Below are positions 1 to 12,453 of a stretch of DNA of 64,000 bases, piece after piece. The notes under the pieces were generated by a model. That model saw nothing but the letters and a program-made list of their open reading frames with translations. It was not told the origin of the DNA and did not search any database. Source of the DNA: Mobula hypostoma. Lineage: Eukaryota. Within the stretch, counting starts at the first letter, position 1. Each line of letters opens with the position of its first letter. The DNA lies in assembly GCF_963921235.1 (NCBI RefSeq), contig NC_086109.1, positions 17,362,001-17,426,000 on the forward strand, read 5' to 3'. Made by a program: the position numbers and the translations under genes.

Positions 1-552
1 TAGACGGTTGCTTGGGTTAATACAGACTGCAGGGTGCTATTAGCCAATGGGTGGTCATGTATCATTTTGTTTTCGGATGACAATGCTGTATCATATGACT
101 GTGTACGGGGTTTTAGCGGGGAGTCGGAAGAGAGACGAGGAGGACGGTGGACGGGGTTTTTGGGGGGAGTCGGAGGAGAGACGGGGAGGACGGCGGACGT
201 GCAGAAAGGCTACGGTCGATCACTTCAGGTGGTCCCGAGCCGTGAGTCGACAGGATTCGGGTGGTCGTCAGGAATCGATTGAGCTCCAACGGTTGCGCGC
301 GAAGAACTTGGACTTTGATAAATCTTGGTGCCTTTTTTTTCCATTGCTTCCTTTTCTATATCAAATTTATATTAATGACTTAGAATTGGTAATATCTATA
401 AAGTGTACTTGGAAAAACGTACTGGGTGTGCTGACTGATGATTGATGTTTGGGATTGATTCGGGCGGCAACCGACTCTGTGGGAAGCACTGAGGCAGGTG
501 CTGGGTGGGATTTCCCCTAGACATATACGAGCCAATATAACTGAGCATTACA
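1..552. mobile_element. Partial LTR-like sequence (left end outside the window)
   Basis: A CpG-rich block ends in ...GCATTACA, a typical LTR terminus, and is followed abruptly by an AT-rich LINE tail. The second TSD copy is not visible. Confidence 0.45.
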
Positions 553-700
553 GCACCTTATTATTTGTTAATTTATTAATGGTAATATTACTTTGTGTTG
601 TGTGTGTTACATGTACTGTGATTTGCATCTTGGTCTGAAGGAATGTTGTTTCATTTAGCGATACATGTTTATGTTGAATGACAATAAACTGAACTTGAAT
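553..700 (+). mobile_element. LINE 3' tail remnant (Rex/L2-like)
   Basis: Ends in AATAAACTGAACTTGAA, the same tail style as other LINE ends in the window. Confidence 0.5.
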
Positions 701-1212
701 GATTACATCTATGTTACAGCAATATGAATAACTGGGTTTGTTTTAAACTAATGGTAAATTGATCCTATTTGAAATTATTTTCACAACTCAATTTGTTCCT
801 CAGTGGTTAATAGATCAAAAATTCTAAGTTTTTTTTCTTGCCCATGAGGTGTCTTGAGTTCTCACACCATATAATACATAGTTTAACAGCATTTATTCCC
901 CAGTGAATTTCTTCAAGCCTCAATTTATGGTTTTGCACATTGAGATATAAAAGGTATTAGTTGAGTTTAAAATTCATACCTTTAATGCTATACATTGCAC
1001 AAGACCTTATGCATATTATTTGTCACCAAAGCACTTGCAGCTTTTTAATACAGTACAGAGTAATACACCTGTAGGCAAGGACTTTGCTCAGATGTGAAAC
1101 TGCTGTGACTTAACAAATATAAGAACATTTGAAAAATCAAATACATTCACTTACGTCAGAGAGATGGTAGTCTCCAAGTAAGACACTTCTCCATCTCAAG
1201 GAAGTCATAAGG

Positions 1213-1362
1213 CTTTGCATAGTAGGGGGATTAAAGGTTACGGGGAAAAGGCGGGTCGGTGGTGATGAGTCCAGGGCCAGGTCAAACATGATCTTATTGA
1301 ATGGCGGAGCGGGTTTGATGGGCCAGATGGCCTAATCCTGCTCCTGTTTCTTATGTTCATAT
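1213..1362 (+). mobile_element. CR1-type LINE 3' end fragment
   Basis: GGGATTAAAGGTTACGGGG...GAATGGCGGAGC...GATGGGCCAGATGGCCTAATCCTGCTCCTG...TTCTTATGTTC resembles the CR1 tails at ~41900 and ~60550. Confidence 0.7.
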
Positions 1363-3168
1363 GCTAAGTGACTTCCCTGAGATGCTATTAAAAGGAATTT
1401 CTTGTATAGTGCCAATGAATTCTTTGCAAAGAGCTTGTATTAATAAAACACCTTTAACATAGAAAAGCATCTCAAGATTCTTAGAAACTGAAACCCAGGA
1501 TGATTTTTAAGGAGCTTTTCAAAGGAAGTGGGGAGAAAATAGTTTATAGGGAGTTGTTGGGCTTGGAGACAAGCCATCTTGAAAGCACAAGGTTTGAACG
1601 ACAGCATCAGTTAGATTTTAAATTTGAGCTCTTACTCGAGAAGGGATTAGGAACGATTGAAAATACCCTTCATATTGTCAGGAGGTCCTAAATCACATTG
1701 AAACCAATGAAGTACTTAAAAGTATATCCACTGTTCTAATGTTGAAAAACAGACTTTATCCCAGAAGCAATGTTGAGAAAATGCCCAAAACAATTAAAAG
1801 AAAATAATATTGCCCATGAAACGAATATTGAATGAGGAAAATTCTCCTTTAACTTCCTCATTGTCCCTTTAAGAACTTGTCTGGGGGGCTGCATGGAACT
1901 TCTGTTTAATATCTCTGAATAAATACTGATCCGAGAAGCAAGGACCACTGGAGTTGCAGAAAGTGAATTGAAAGAATGAATTTGAAATAATGAATTCACT
2001 TGAGATTTATGCTTTCAGGAAAATAAAGGTCTGAAGAAAAGTGACTTACTGACTTGTTTATTTGGACTTGCAAGCTTAATTTCCTTGTGCAATTAATTGA
2101 TCACGAATTGACCACATTTTTAGCTCCTACTTCTGCTCATTTGTGATCCTGACCACATTTGATTTCTTTGCAAGATTTAGTACAATCTGGTGACCTGACA
2201 GGTCTTTGCTATTGTTCTGCATATAAACATTCTTTTACTCCCACATGGTATTTATCAATGTATGCCTTGAAAACATGTTTACTTCAACTTTTGCAAATGG
2301 CAACCTGTTCCAGGTTTTCAACATTCTTTCAAATTAAGTTTTGCCTTAATTTGCTAATGCATTGAGTTGATAATGGAGGATGAAATGGTGAGGGAGGGGT
2401 GGAGAACAAGGAGAGGGGAAACAGACGATTCATTTATAATACAGAAGTAAAGATGTGAAGGTCAACTAGCAGCATCAACCTAACTAGAATACTTGTTTTT
2501 TGCAGGTTCACGTGGCATTTTGTGTATGCATATTGGAAATACTGGAATTTTGAATCTTAGCCAGAATGAAGTGTCTAAATTAGCCTGACGTTGTGTTGCC
2601 GAGTTCTTAAACAAGAAACCAGAGGATCACAGATCTTTTTTTCTTTGGTTTCTGTGGTTTTAGCTCCCTTTTCCAGTTGAGTAGTTAGGGGAACACCACA
2701 GCTAAGATTTGTGAAGGGTGAAAAAGGGTGACCTTTCTGTGTACATCTTGTTGGGGTTCTTAGTGAATTGGCAGCCTGCTTATATTTTATGTAAATAGCA
2801 ATGTGGTTTACATTTTGTGAATTTAGTGGAAAAGAACAGAGGAGATTATATACAAATGTGATACTGTAAGTTTTTATGTTGCTTGTGAGGGCCAGTTGGC
2901 TCCAAATATTTCTGACTTGAATATATAGAGTGAAATTAGACTTGGTTGGTCCTCTCGATTTGTTACCATCAGGAAATTGTATTCATGCAGTTACGTATAA
3001 GAACCTATTTGGGCTTGGGTCATGCATTAATGGTGTTGTCAACCAGGCTAGGATGTCTTGGGAATTAAACTGTTGTTCTCAGGGGAGAAAAGGCCTCTGA
3101 GCCTTTATAAGAAATGAAGAATATGAATTTCACATATTATTTTAATTAAAGTTTTATTTTCATTACAG

Positions 3169-3514
3169 CTTGAAAAGGGAGATGTGAGTTCACTCACCCT
3201 ACCAGCAAACACAAGCTACGGAGGCTCAGACACCAACATCAGCCTTGAAGTGCCTGATGGCACCCCAGACCCTCATAAGACAAAAGCCGCCATAGATCAT
3301 CTTCATCAGAAGATCCTGAAAATCACAGAGCAGATAAAAATCGAGCAGACTGCACGAGATGAAAATGTTGCAGAGTACTTGAAACTGGCAAACAATGCAG
3401 ACAAACAACAAGCCTCCCGCATCAAGCAAGTCTTTGAGAAGAAGAACCAGAAGTCGGCACAGACAATTTCCCAGTTGCACAAGAAGCTCGATCACTACCG
3501 CAGGAAGCTAAAAG
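3169..3514 (+). CDS. TMCC2: TMCC2 internal coding exon (transmembrane and coiled-coil domain protein 2)
   Basis: Acceptor ttacag|CTT and donor AAAG|gtaaca. Translates LEKGDV...[31 protein letters not shown]...HYRRKLK, closely matching vertebrate TMCC2 as recalled. Confidence 0.93.
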
Positions 3515-4309
3515 GTAACACCAAGAGTGGTTAAATAGGTTTTGATGTATTTTGGTGGTGTAGTTCACTGTCAACTGCATGAGCCTGACCAGACTGACCC
3601 TAGGTAGATTATCCTAAATATTCAAAAATGATTTAAAAAAATTAAGTAAGAAGCGTTGTGTACATCCAGTGCAGCTTCATTGCTTCGGTGTCAGTCCTGT
3701 TTGAAATAATAGTCTCATGAGCTCAAGATCCCTGGGGGTTGGGTGTTCTATTTTGTTCAGCACCAGATCTGGTCCAGGTCCAGGTGTAAGTTTATAGAAC
3801 TAGATAGAATAATAGTTCAGTATGGACTAGATGGGCTGAAGGGCCTGTTTTTGTGTTGTAGTGCTCCATGATCACAAGTTTGACTCAGCTTGAGATAACA
3901 GTATATTTAAGAAAAAGGAATACATTTATGTCAGGGTGTTGGAAAAATAGAACATTTGTAATTTATGTAAAATTATCCCAGATTAAAAATTTCATTGCTT
4001 TTCATCAGAAAGGTAGTAACTTCTGGTGTTTCATTAAGATGATTTCAACTGAGTATGAATAAGAATCCAATCAAAATAACAAAGTTTTTTTTAGAAAATC
4101 TAAAATCAGTGAGAACGTGATGAAACCTGTCAAATGTGCTTTTAGGATGTTGTTTTGCCTAAGCATGTTTTTCTTCTTCCCTTCCTGAAGTAATGACTCA
4201 TTGGCGTGTAATCATGTCATGCCACTGCCTTTTCGAAAATGTGGCCTGGATAGTGAGGTTTGGTTGGCTTTTATAACAGAGTAAATCCCATCCTTAGTCA
4301 TTTCCACAA

Positions 4310-4590
4310 ATGATCACTTCTCACCTATTGATTGCTTCCCCCGGCTCCCTCCTCCTTCCACTTCTCCTATGATCCACTCTCCTCTCCTATCAGATTATTT
4401 CTTCTCCAGCCCTTGACCTTTCCCATCCACCTGGCCTCACCCATCAGCTTCGAGCTAGCCTCTTTTCCCCTCCCCCACTTTTTATCCTGGCATCCTGAAG
4501 AAGGGTCTGAGCCTGAAATGTTGACAGTTTACTTGTTTTGAAAGTTGTTGCCTGACCTGCTGAGTTCCTGCAGCATTTTATGTGTGTTAC
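4310..4590 (+). mobile_element. Penelope pLTR-derived repeat with a decayed hammerhead core
   Basis: Pyrimidine-rich body, then CTGAAGA-agggtctgagcct-GAAAtgtt (4495-4522) and the tail ctgacctgctgagttcc..cagcatttt.tgtgtgtt, homologous to the 3' end of 10625-12550. Confidence 0.7.
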
Positions 4591-5248
4591 TCATCAGTAA
4601 TTGAGAATTGGTGCCTTTGTTGATTTGAATGACATCCACCTGATGGTAAAAAGACTGTTAACAACCCTTTACCCTCTACATCAGTGCAGTCACCTATGTC
4701 AATGTAATCCAGAAGTCATACCTAGGATATTCTGCTTTATGAATTTTCTTAAAGCTTATGTAACTTCTATGATTGTATTGTCAAATTAGTAGCATGCTCT
4801 TTTTATGAGATGGTAACAGAAATCTTTTCTGGACTTCCAGTTGATTTAAAAGCTTGAAATTCAGTTGAGTGGAATGCAACATTTCCACTCAGGTTTGAAG
4901 TCAGTTTTGTTTTCACTGCCAACTATTCTGTGGAAACAAAAAGCAGAAGATAGGAAAATTAAATCTAGACCTATGAATGGTTGTATTCCCCACCCGCAAT
5001 AAAACGTAATACAGCGAAACAGAAACCGAGACTTTGAACTCAGACTTTTAGGGAAATTTTAAAACCCATGTCATCTTCCTTATAATGCTGAATTTCAAAC
5101 AAAACAATAGCAAATACAATCAAGAATTAAAAATAAAAGAAAAAGATTTTGGAACAATGAAGAGAGAGAATTGAATGCAATGAGATAGTTTGTGTCACTG
5201 TTCTTCCTCATGCTGCAAAAATTAGTCTATATTCTGAATGGTTTAAAT

Positions 5249-5453
5249 CAGGAGTCCCCAACCTTTTGCGCACCGCGGGCCGGTTTAATAGTGACAATAT
5301 CTTGCGGACCTCACATGCACTCAAGTTCAACAGTGGGTGCAACAGGGAATGAGGAAAGGTGCAGCTGACTTATATCGGTTCATATCACCAAATCATATCG
5401 TTTCCTCGTGGCCCGGTAGCACATGCTTGCGGCCTGGTGGTTGGGGACCACTG
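5249..5453. mobile_element. hAT (Charlie-like) MITE
   Basis: TIRs CAGGAGTCCCCAACC / GGTTGGGGACCACTG with a perfect 8-bp TSD GTTTAAAT (5241-5248 and 5454-5461). Confidence 0.9.
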
Positions 5454-5525
5454 GTTTAAATTATATCACTAATTTAAAGTGGGTTATCAACTGTTTCAGT
5501 TTTTTGGGGAAGTATGAATGTATGT

Positions 5526-5722
5526 TAGCCGGCTGGTGGCGTAGTGGCTCCCGAGTTCGAATCCAGCCGGCTCTCTTGCACGCTTTCCATCGTGCTGGGT
5601 TGAGTGTCGAGCTAGCAACTCGGTCTCATAAAAATAAGAACGCCTGCTAAAAAAAAAACGCCGTCATGATGGCGTCCCAATGTCTCCACTCTGAGTTAAG
5701 GGCTTTCTTTTTCTTCTTCTTC
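5526..5722 (+). mobile_element. tRNA-derived SINE with (TTC)n tail
   Basis: A-box-like TGGCGTAGTGG, B-box-like GTTCGAATCC and a TTC-repeat tail. Flanked by TATGAATG(T/C)ATGT at 5513-5525 and 5723-5735. Confidence 0.75.
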
Positions 5723-5960
5723 TATGAATGCATGTAGAGTGCTTCACTGGAATGTTAATCTGAACTTTTAAACACTGTTTAGAGAATAAAGTTAGTATTG
5801 GCCATGAACAAATGATCTAAATGTCTTTTTACTGTGCTGTTGAGCAGTTCAAGATGCGTAAGAAGGCAAGGCAATATGTATCGCCATTTAATATCAAAAA
5901 AGCTAAAGCTATAAATATTGCTTTCTGCATAATACACATATTAAAAATTAACCTTTACAG

Positions 5961-6549
5961 AGATAGAGCAAAATGGTCTTTCGAGGCAGCCAAAGGATGT
6001 TCTACGGGACATGCAACAAGGTCTGAAGGATGTGGGTGCCAATGTCAGAGCTGGAATCAGTGGATTTGGAGGAGGTGTAGTGGAAGGTGTGAAGGGAGGT
6101 TTGTCTGGCCTTTCTCAAGTCACTCACACAGCTGTAGTTTCCAAACCAAGGGAGTTTGCAAGCCTGATACGAAACAAGTTTGGCAGCGCTGACAACATTG
6201 CCCATTTGAAGGACACGATGGATGAGTCACACCAGGAGGAGGCCACCAGGACTCTAAGTGGCAGTGCTACATTGGTGTCAAGTCCCAAGTACGGAAGCGA
6301 GGATGAATGTTCCAGTGCCACTTCTGGCTCTGCGGGTGGTAGTAACTCTGGGGCGGGAGCTGGAGGCATGGGGAGTCCAAAATCAAATACGTTGGACAGT
6401 CATCACAACAATTTCGATACTATCCTGGATGAACTTCGTGAAATTAAAGATGGTCAGTCCCATTTAGAGGATGCAATGGAAGATTTGAAAGGGCAACTAC
6501 AAAGAGACTATGCCTACATGACGCAGTGCTTGCAGGAAGAACGATACAG
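5961..6549 (+). CDS. TMCC2: TMCC2 coding exon
   Basis: Acceptor tttacag|AG (phase 1, completes Glu) and donor TACAG|gtatga. Encodes [38 protein letters not shown]...QCLQEERYR. Confidence 0.95.
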
Positions 6550-6554
6550 GTATG

Positions 6555-6590
6555 ATTATTATTATTATTATTATTATTGTTATTGTTGTT
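6555..6590 (+). repeat. (ATT)n/(GTT)n microsatellite just downstream of the splice donor
   Basis: Read directly from the sequence. Confidence 0.9.
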
Positions 6591-7094
6591 GTGGTTTGAC
6601 GACAAGATAAATGAGTTATCTTCATGAGTTATCAAAAATCTAACATTTTTCATAAAGCTTTTTTTTATCCTCCTTACAACTCCCCTTAGAATACTAAGAA
6701 AGAAGGTTTACACCTCAAAATGAAGCAAAATACTGTATCTATATGTCACTGTCCTCATTCCTATTACATTCACTGCAACACTGATACTTCTAGTCTATAC
6801 TGATAGCCATAAAATGATATGCATTGTGATGGAATTTTCTTTAAGGTCAGTAGACTCTCTCCAGTCTTATTTTGGATGATGACAGTTCTCGATGGTAATT
6901 TGTAATCATCAGGTATGGTCAAAGGATGGATGCTCTTCTTTTATTTGAAGAACCCCTTTCACTACATAATCAATTTAGCTTTGGACCTTCAGTATATTTG
7001 TACTACATTTATCATAACATAGGAGTAAAGAGGAATTACCATTGGTTTCCCTTCATGAATATAATCCAGTTTCTTCTGTTGAATTACATGAGTA

Positions 7095-7548
7095 CAGTCC
7101 TGTGCAAAAGTCTTAGGCACACATATATAGCTGGGGTGCCTAAGACCTTTGCACAGTACCATTTTTATCAAACTGGAGCAGAGAGCGAGTTTGTAAATCT
7201 GGCAGGGGAAAAGGATGTTGGGAATGGCAGCTTTGGTGGATGCCACAGGAGGGGGTGCAGGATAGGTGGCAAAGGAAGAGTTCCAGGGACGGGGAGGTGT
7301 GGCATGGGTGCAGAGACACCCAACCCTGAGACACTAGGCAAGGTCATTTGATTTCAAACAATTGGTTTATTGATCATTACAGAATGTCACTCTGGTGCTT
7401 CCCATTCCCACCTCTCTTCCTTCCCCTTTTTTCAACCATGATTCCCTTCTCGCTGCCCACTTCCCACTCTCAGTCCACAACAGAGTCCCATATTAGAATC
7501 AGGTTTATCATCACTCATGTATGTACCTATGACTTTTGTACAGTACTA
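7095..7548. mobile_element. Tc1/mariner-type MITE
   Basis: TA|CAGTCCTGTGCAAAAGTCTTAGG ... CCTATGACTTTTGTACAGTACTA|TA, with an extra internal TIR copy at ~7137-7159. Confidence 0.75.
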
Positions 7549-7849
7549 TATATGGGTATCAGCTGAAGGCTGAACAGCTTCAAAAAAGATGCCCTCTGGT
7601 CTTGAGGAGTCATTCTGAATTTAAGTCATTCTCATTGGTGTCTGACACCCTTGCATAGAATAAAACTGGGCAAAATCTTAACTAGGATTTTGCAGTATAT
7701 AATGTTCAAAAAATTGTTAGCATTGAACCATAAGGTGGCACTATAGTTCTTGACTTAGCTGCTGCTCTAATGTTTCTGGTTGGACCGATATTACAAATGA
7801 TAGATACAGTTAACTTGGGCAAGGTACTGATTCTAACTAAGCTGTTTTT

Positions 7850-8385
7850 TGAAAGTGTGTTGACTGGCTGCACTTATGGCCTCGTATGGGAACAACAATG
7901 CCTTTGCGCAGAAAATCCTACAAAAGGTAGTGGATTCAGCCTAGTACATCGTGGGTAAAATCCTCTCAACCATTGAACACATATACATGAAAAGTTGCCA
8001 TAGAAGGTCAGTATCCATCATCACAGGTCCTTGCCATTCAGGCCATGCTCTTTTCTCACTGCTGCCATGAGGTAGAAGGTAAAAGTGCCTCAGGACTTGC
8101 ACCACCAGGTTCAAGAACAGTTACTACCCCATTAGGCTCTTGAACAAAAGGGATAACTACACTAATTTAAGGATTCTTATCTTGTTAGTTCATGCTCATT
8201 ATTTATTGCTATTTGTTTTATTATCTGCATTTGCACAGTTTGTTTACAGTTTACAGTTCTTGATGTGTACAGTTTACAGATCCTGTTTACAGTTACTGTT
8301 CTATAAATTTGCTAAGTATGCCCGCAGAAAATGAATCTCAGAATCGTATGTGGTCTGATAATAAATTTTACTTTGAACTTTGAAT
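7850..8385 (+). mobile_element. Rex1/Babar-like LINE 3' fragment
   Basis: Decayed RT C-terminal segment and the tail ATAAATTTTACTTTGAACTTTGAA. Homologous to 41205-41463 and 51838-52550. Confidence 0.7.
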
Positions 8386-8739
8386 TTTGACTGTGCTCTC
8401 AGCCCAACCCAGGAATGGCCATTGTCCTTCACTGTGCTATAAAGTTGCAAAAACCCTATAGACTACATAAATCTTTACTGTAACCAAATATAATGTGGAT
8501 ATGAGCTAGTCTAGTTGAATTTAAAAAAAATACTAAACTGTTTTTTGGCTACAAAGGACTGGAGCAGTCCATTGATGAATCCTGTTAAGAATTGCATTTA
8601 CAGACTTTTGCAAAATGCCCAGTGAGCATGATTTAAAAAAAACAATAAAGATGATTTTCAGGTAGCTCCATGAAATAGGAAAACTGCGTGTCCTCAAAGA
8701 AGCAAAGCACTAGAACAATATAAGACCAATCACCTGAAT

Positions 8740-10210
8740 AATCAGATTATCAAGTTCACTGATAACACAATGGTGGTGGGGCTCATCACCAACAATGATG
8801 AGACGGCCTACAGAGAGGAAGGGAAAGCATGCAAGACCTGGTGCCAGGCAAATAACTTCTTCCTCAATGTCAGCAAGACAAAGGAGATGGTTATCAATTT
8901 CAGAAGAACTCGCATCACTCACACCTTTCTTTACTTCGCGGAATAGCAATGGAAGTTTCAAACTCCTGGGAGTGCACATCTTGCACAACCATTCATGGTC
9001 CCAGAACACATACTACACAATCAGGAAAGCTGGCTAACATCTCTGCTTTCTAAGGAAGCTGAAGACAGCTGGACTATGTACATCTACTGTATGCTTTCAC
9101 CTCACTACAGGAAGGATGTGGATACTGCAGAGAGAGTGCAGAGGAGACTTACAAGGATGTTGCCTGGATTGGAAGGCGTACCTTATGAGAATAAGTTGAG
9201 TGTACTTGGCCTTTTCTCCTTGGAACGATGGAGGATGAGAGATGACCTGATAGAGGTGTATAAGATGATGAGGAGTATTGATTGTGGGGATAGCTAGAGG
9301 CTTTTTCCCAGGGCTGAAATGGCTAACATGAGGGGACATAGTTTTAAGGTGCTTGGAAATGGGTACCAACGGGGTAAGTTTTCACACAGATAGTGGTAGT
9401 TGCATGGAATACACTGCTGGTGGTGGTGGTGGAATAGGATACAGTAGGGTCTTTTAAAAGCCTGTTAGTAGGTACATGGGGCTTAGAAAAATAGGCTATG
9501 CGCTAGGGGAATTCTAGGCGGTCTCTAGAGTAGGTTACATGGTCGGCACAACACTGTGGATCGAAGGGCCTGTAATGTGCTGTAAATTTCCCATGTTCTA
9601 TGTTCTTTCAAGTCATTCTACAGATGTGCAGTGGAGTATATTCTGACAAGCTACATTATTGCATGGTATGGAAACTACACTGCAGTGGACAGGAAGGCTC
9701 TATAGTGGGTAATAAAAACAGCCCAACACATCACTGGCACCAGCCTACCTTGCATCAAGGAAGTAGATGCAGAAAGGTGCTGGAAAAGAACCAGTAACTT
9801 CATGAAGGATCCCACCCATCCTGCTTGTGGTTTGTTTACCCAGGCTCCCATCAGGGAGGAGGCTACATAGCATCCATGCCAGGACCACAAAACTCAAAAA
9901 CAGTTATTTTCCTCAAGCAGTAAGGCTGATCAACACCACCACCCACTAACCCATCCCTCCACACCTCCAGCCACCACTACGTCATTTCCTGTTGGTCACA
10001 TTGTTTACAGCCTAGTGTTACTTTATGGACATACAATCAATGTGTATATAAGCTATCTTATAGATTTATATTTATTGTGTTTCTGTTACTATTGTGTTCT
10101 TTATCTTTGTGGGTATTTTTTGTGCTGCATCAGATCCAGAGTAACAATTACTTTGTTCTCCTTTACACTTGTGTACTGGAAAAGACATTAAACAATCTTG
10201 AATCCTGAAT
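8740..10210 (+). mobile_element. Rex1/Babar-like LINE fragment interrupted by a CR1 3' fragment (~9095-9605)
   Basis: Rex-like FTDNT.VVGLI / FKLLGVHI remnants flank a CR1-like segment, SPHYRKDV..ERVQRRLTRMLPGLEG, which carries its own TTCTATG tail. Confidence 0.7.
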
Positions 10211-10686
10211 AAAGGCAGACCAAAGTAAGTGAACTTGAAGGAAAATAGAGTACTATCCCGTGGAGTTCCAGTTGGGGTTCAACCATTTGTGACTCCTAAA
10301 ATTCAGTTTGCCTTTTCAGATATTTTCATTAGTGTATATGTTATATTTCTTCTGATTTGGTTTGTATTTTATTTCTAATTAGCAGATCTCACTGCCTACT
10401 TGTGAGTTGATTACTTATTATCGCATTGTCATCAGGTTAGCCATTTTATCGTTTGTACATTTCATTTAGATAAAAGCACTTTGTGAGAAGTCGAAGGAAT
10501 TTTAATCAATATTTGAATCTACCTTTCACAAGAACGCAGAGAAATACTGGCTTTTACTCAGCTCCTTGTGTACTAAAAAGCAGTGGTGAATAATAAAACT
10601 GCCTTCAAACTACAACTACACCAGCAACACACATAAAAGTTGCTGGTGAACACAGCAGGCCAGGCAGCATCTCTAGGAAGAGGTGC

Positions 10687-10722
10687 AGTCGACGTTTCAG
10701 GCCGAGACCCTTCGTCAGGACT
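10687..10722 (-). ncRNA. Minimal type-I hammerhead ribozyme motif in the inverted pLTR
   Basis: Minus strand reads AGTC-CTGACGA-AGG gtctcgg CCT-GAAAC-GTC-GACT: core CUGANGA/GAAA, stem I AGTC:GACT, stem II AGG:CCT, palindromic ACGT at stem III. Confidence 0.7.
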
Positions 10723-12417
10723 AACTGAAGGAAGAGTGAGTAAGGGATTTGAAAGTTGGAGGGGGAGGGGGAGATCCAAAATGATAGGAGAAAACAGGAG
10801 GGGGAGGGATGGAGCCAAGAGCTGGACAGGTGATAGGCAAAAGGGATACGAGAGGATCATGGGACAGGAGGTCCGGGAAGAAAGACGGTGGGGGGGGGGG
10901 ACCCAGAGGATGGGCAAGGGGTATATTCAGAGGGACAGAGGGAGAAAAAAGAGAGTGAGAGAAGGAATGTGTGTATAAAAATAAGTAACAGATGGGGTAC
11001 GAGGGGGAGATGGGGCATTCGTGCCTATTCTGGTATCTGTCCCCCACTTTTCCTTCGCTACATCGACGACTGCATTGGCGCTGCTTCCTGCACGCATGCA
11101 GAGCTCGTTGACTTTATTAACTTTGCCTCCAACTTTCACCCTGCCCTCAAGTTTACCTGGTCCATTTCCGACACCTCCCTCCCCTTTCTAGATCTTTCTG
11201 TCTCTGTCTCTGGAGACAGCTTATCCACTGATGTCCACTATAAGCCTACTGACTCTCACAGCTATCTGGACTATTCCTCTTCTCACCCTGTCTCTTGCAA
11301 AAACGCCATCCCCTTCTCGCAATTCCTCCGTCTCCGCCGCATCTGCTCTCAGGATGAGGCTTTTCATTCTAGGACGAGGGAGATGTCTTCCTTTTTTAAA
11401 GAAAAGGGGCTTCCCTTCCTCCACTATCAACTCTGCTCTTAAACGCATCTCCCCCATTTCACGTACATCTGCTCTCACTCCATCCTTCCGCCACCCCACT
11501 AGGAATAGGGTTCCCCTGGTCTTCACCTACCACTCCACCAGCCTCCGGGTCCAACATATTATTCTCCGTGACTTCCGCCACCTCCAACGGGATCCCACCA
11601 CTAGGCACATCTTTCCCTCCCCCCCCCCCTGCATTCCACAGGGATCGCTCCCTACGCAACTCCCTTGTCCATTCGTCCCCCCCATCCCTCCCCACTGATC
11701 TCCCTCCTGGCACTTATCCGTGTAAGCGGAACAAGTGCTACACATGCCCTTACACTTCCTCCCTTACTACCATTCAGGGCCCCAAACAGTCCTTCCAGGT
11801 GAGGCGACACTTCACCTGTGAGTCGGCTGGGGTGATATACTGCATCTGATGCTCCTGATGTGGCCTTTTATATATTGGCGAGACCCGACGCAGACTGGGA
11901 GACCGCTTTGCTGAACACCTACGCTCTGTCCACCAGAGAAAGCAGGATCTCCCAGTGGCCACACATTTTAATTCCACATCCCATTCCCATTCTGACATGT
12001 CTATCCACGGCCTCCTCTACTGTAAAGATGAAGCCACACTCAGGTTGGAGGAACAACACCTTATATTCCGTCTGGGTAGCCTCCAACCTGATGGCATGAA
12101 CATCGACTTCTCTAACTTCCGCTAATGCCCCACCTCCCCCTCATACCCCATCTGTTACTTATTTTTATACACACATTCTTTCTCTCACTCTCCTTTTTCT
12201 CCCTCTGTCCCTCTGAATATACCCCTTGCCCATCCTCTGGGTCCCCCCCCCCCATCTTTCTTCCCGGACCTCCTGTCCCATGATCCTCTCGTATTCCTTT
12301 TGCCTATCACCTGTCCAGCTCTTGGCTCCATCCCTCCCCCTCCTGTCTTCTCCTATCATTTTGGATCTCCCCCTCCCCCTCCAACTTTCAAATCCCTTAC
12401 TCGCTCTTCCTTCAGTT

Positions 12418-12453
12418 CGTCCTGACGAAGGGTCTCGGCCTGAAACGTCGACT
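12418..12453 (+). ncRNA. Minimal hammerhead ribozyme motif in the 3' pLTR (one stem-I mismatch)
   Basis: CGTC-CTGACGA(12422)-AGGGTCTCGGCCT-GAAAC(12442)-GTC-GACT. Confidence 0.65.

Noticed and set aside
6550..6610. Poly-Tyr/Cys C-terminus of the ORF 6011-6610
   Set aside because: It is read-through past the GT donor at 6550 into an (ATT)n microsatellite. The TMCC2 frame resumes at 23857.
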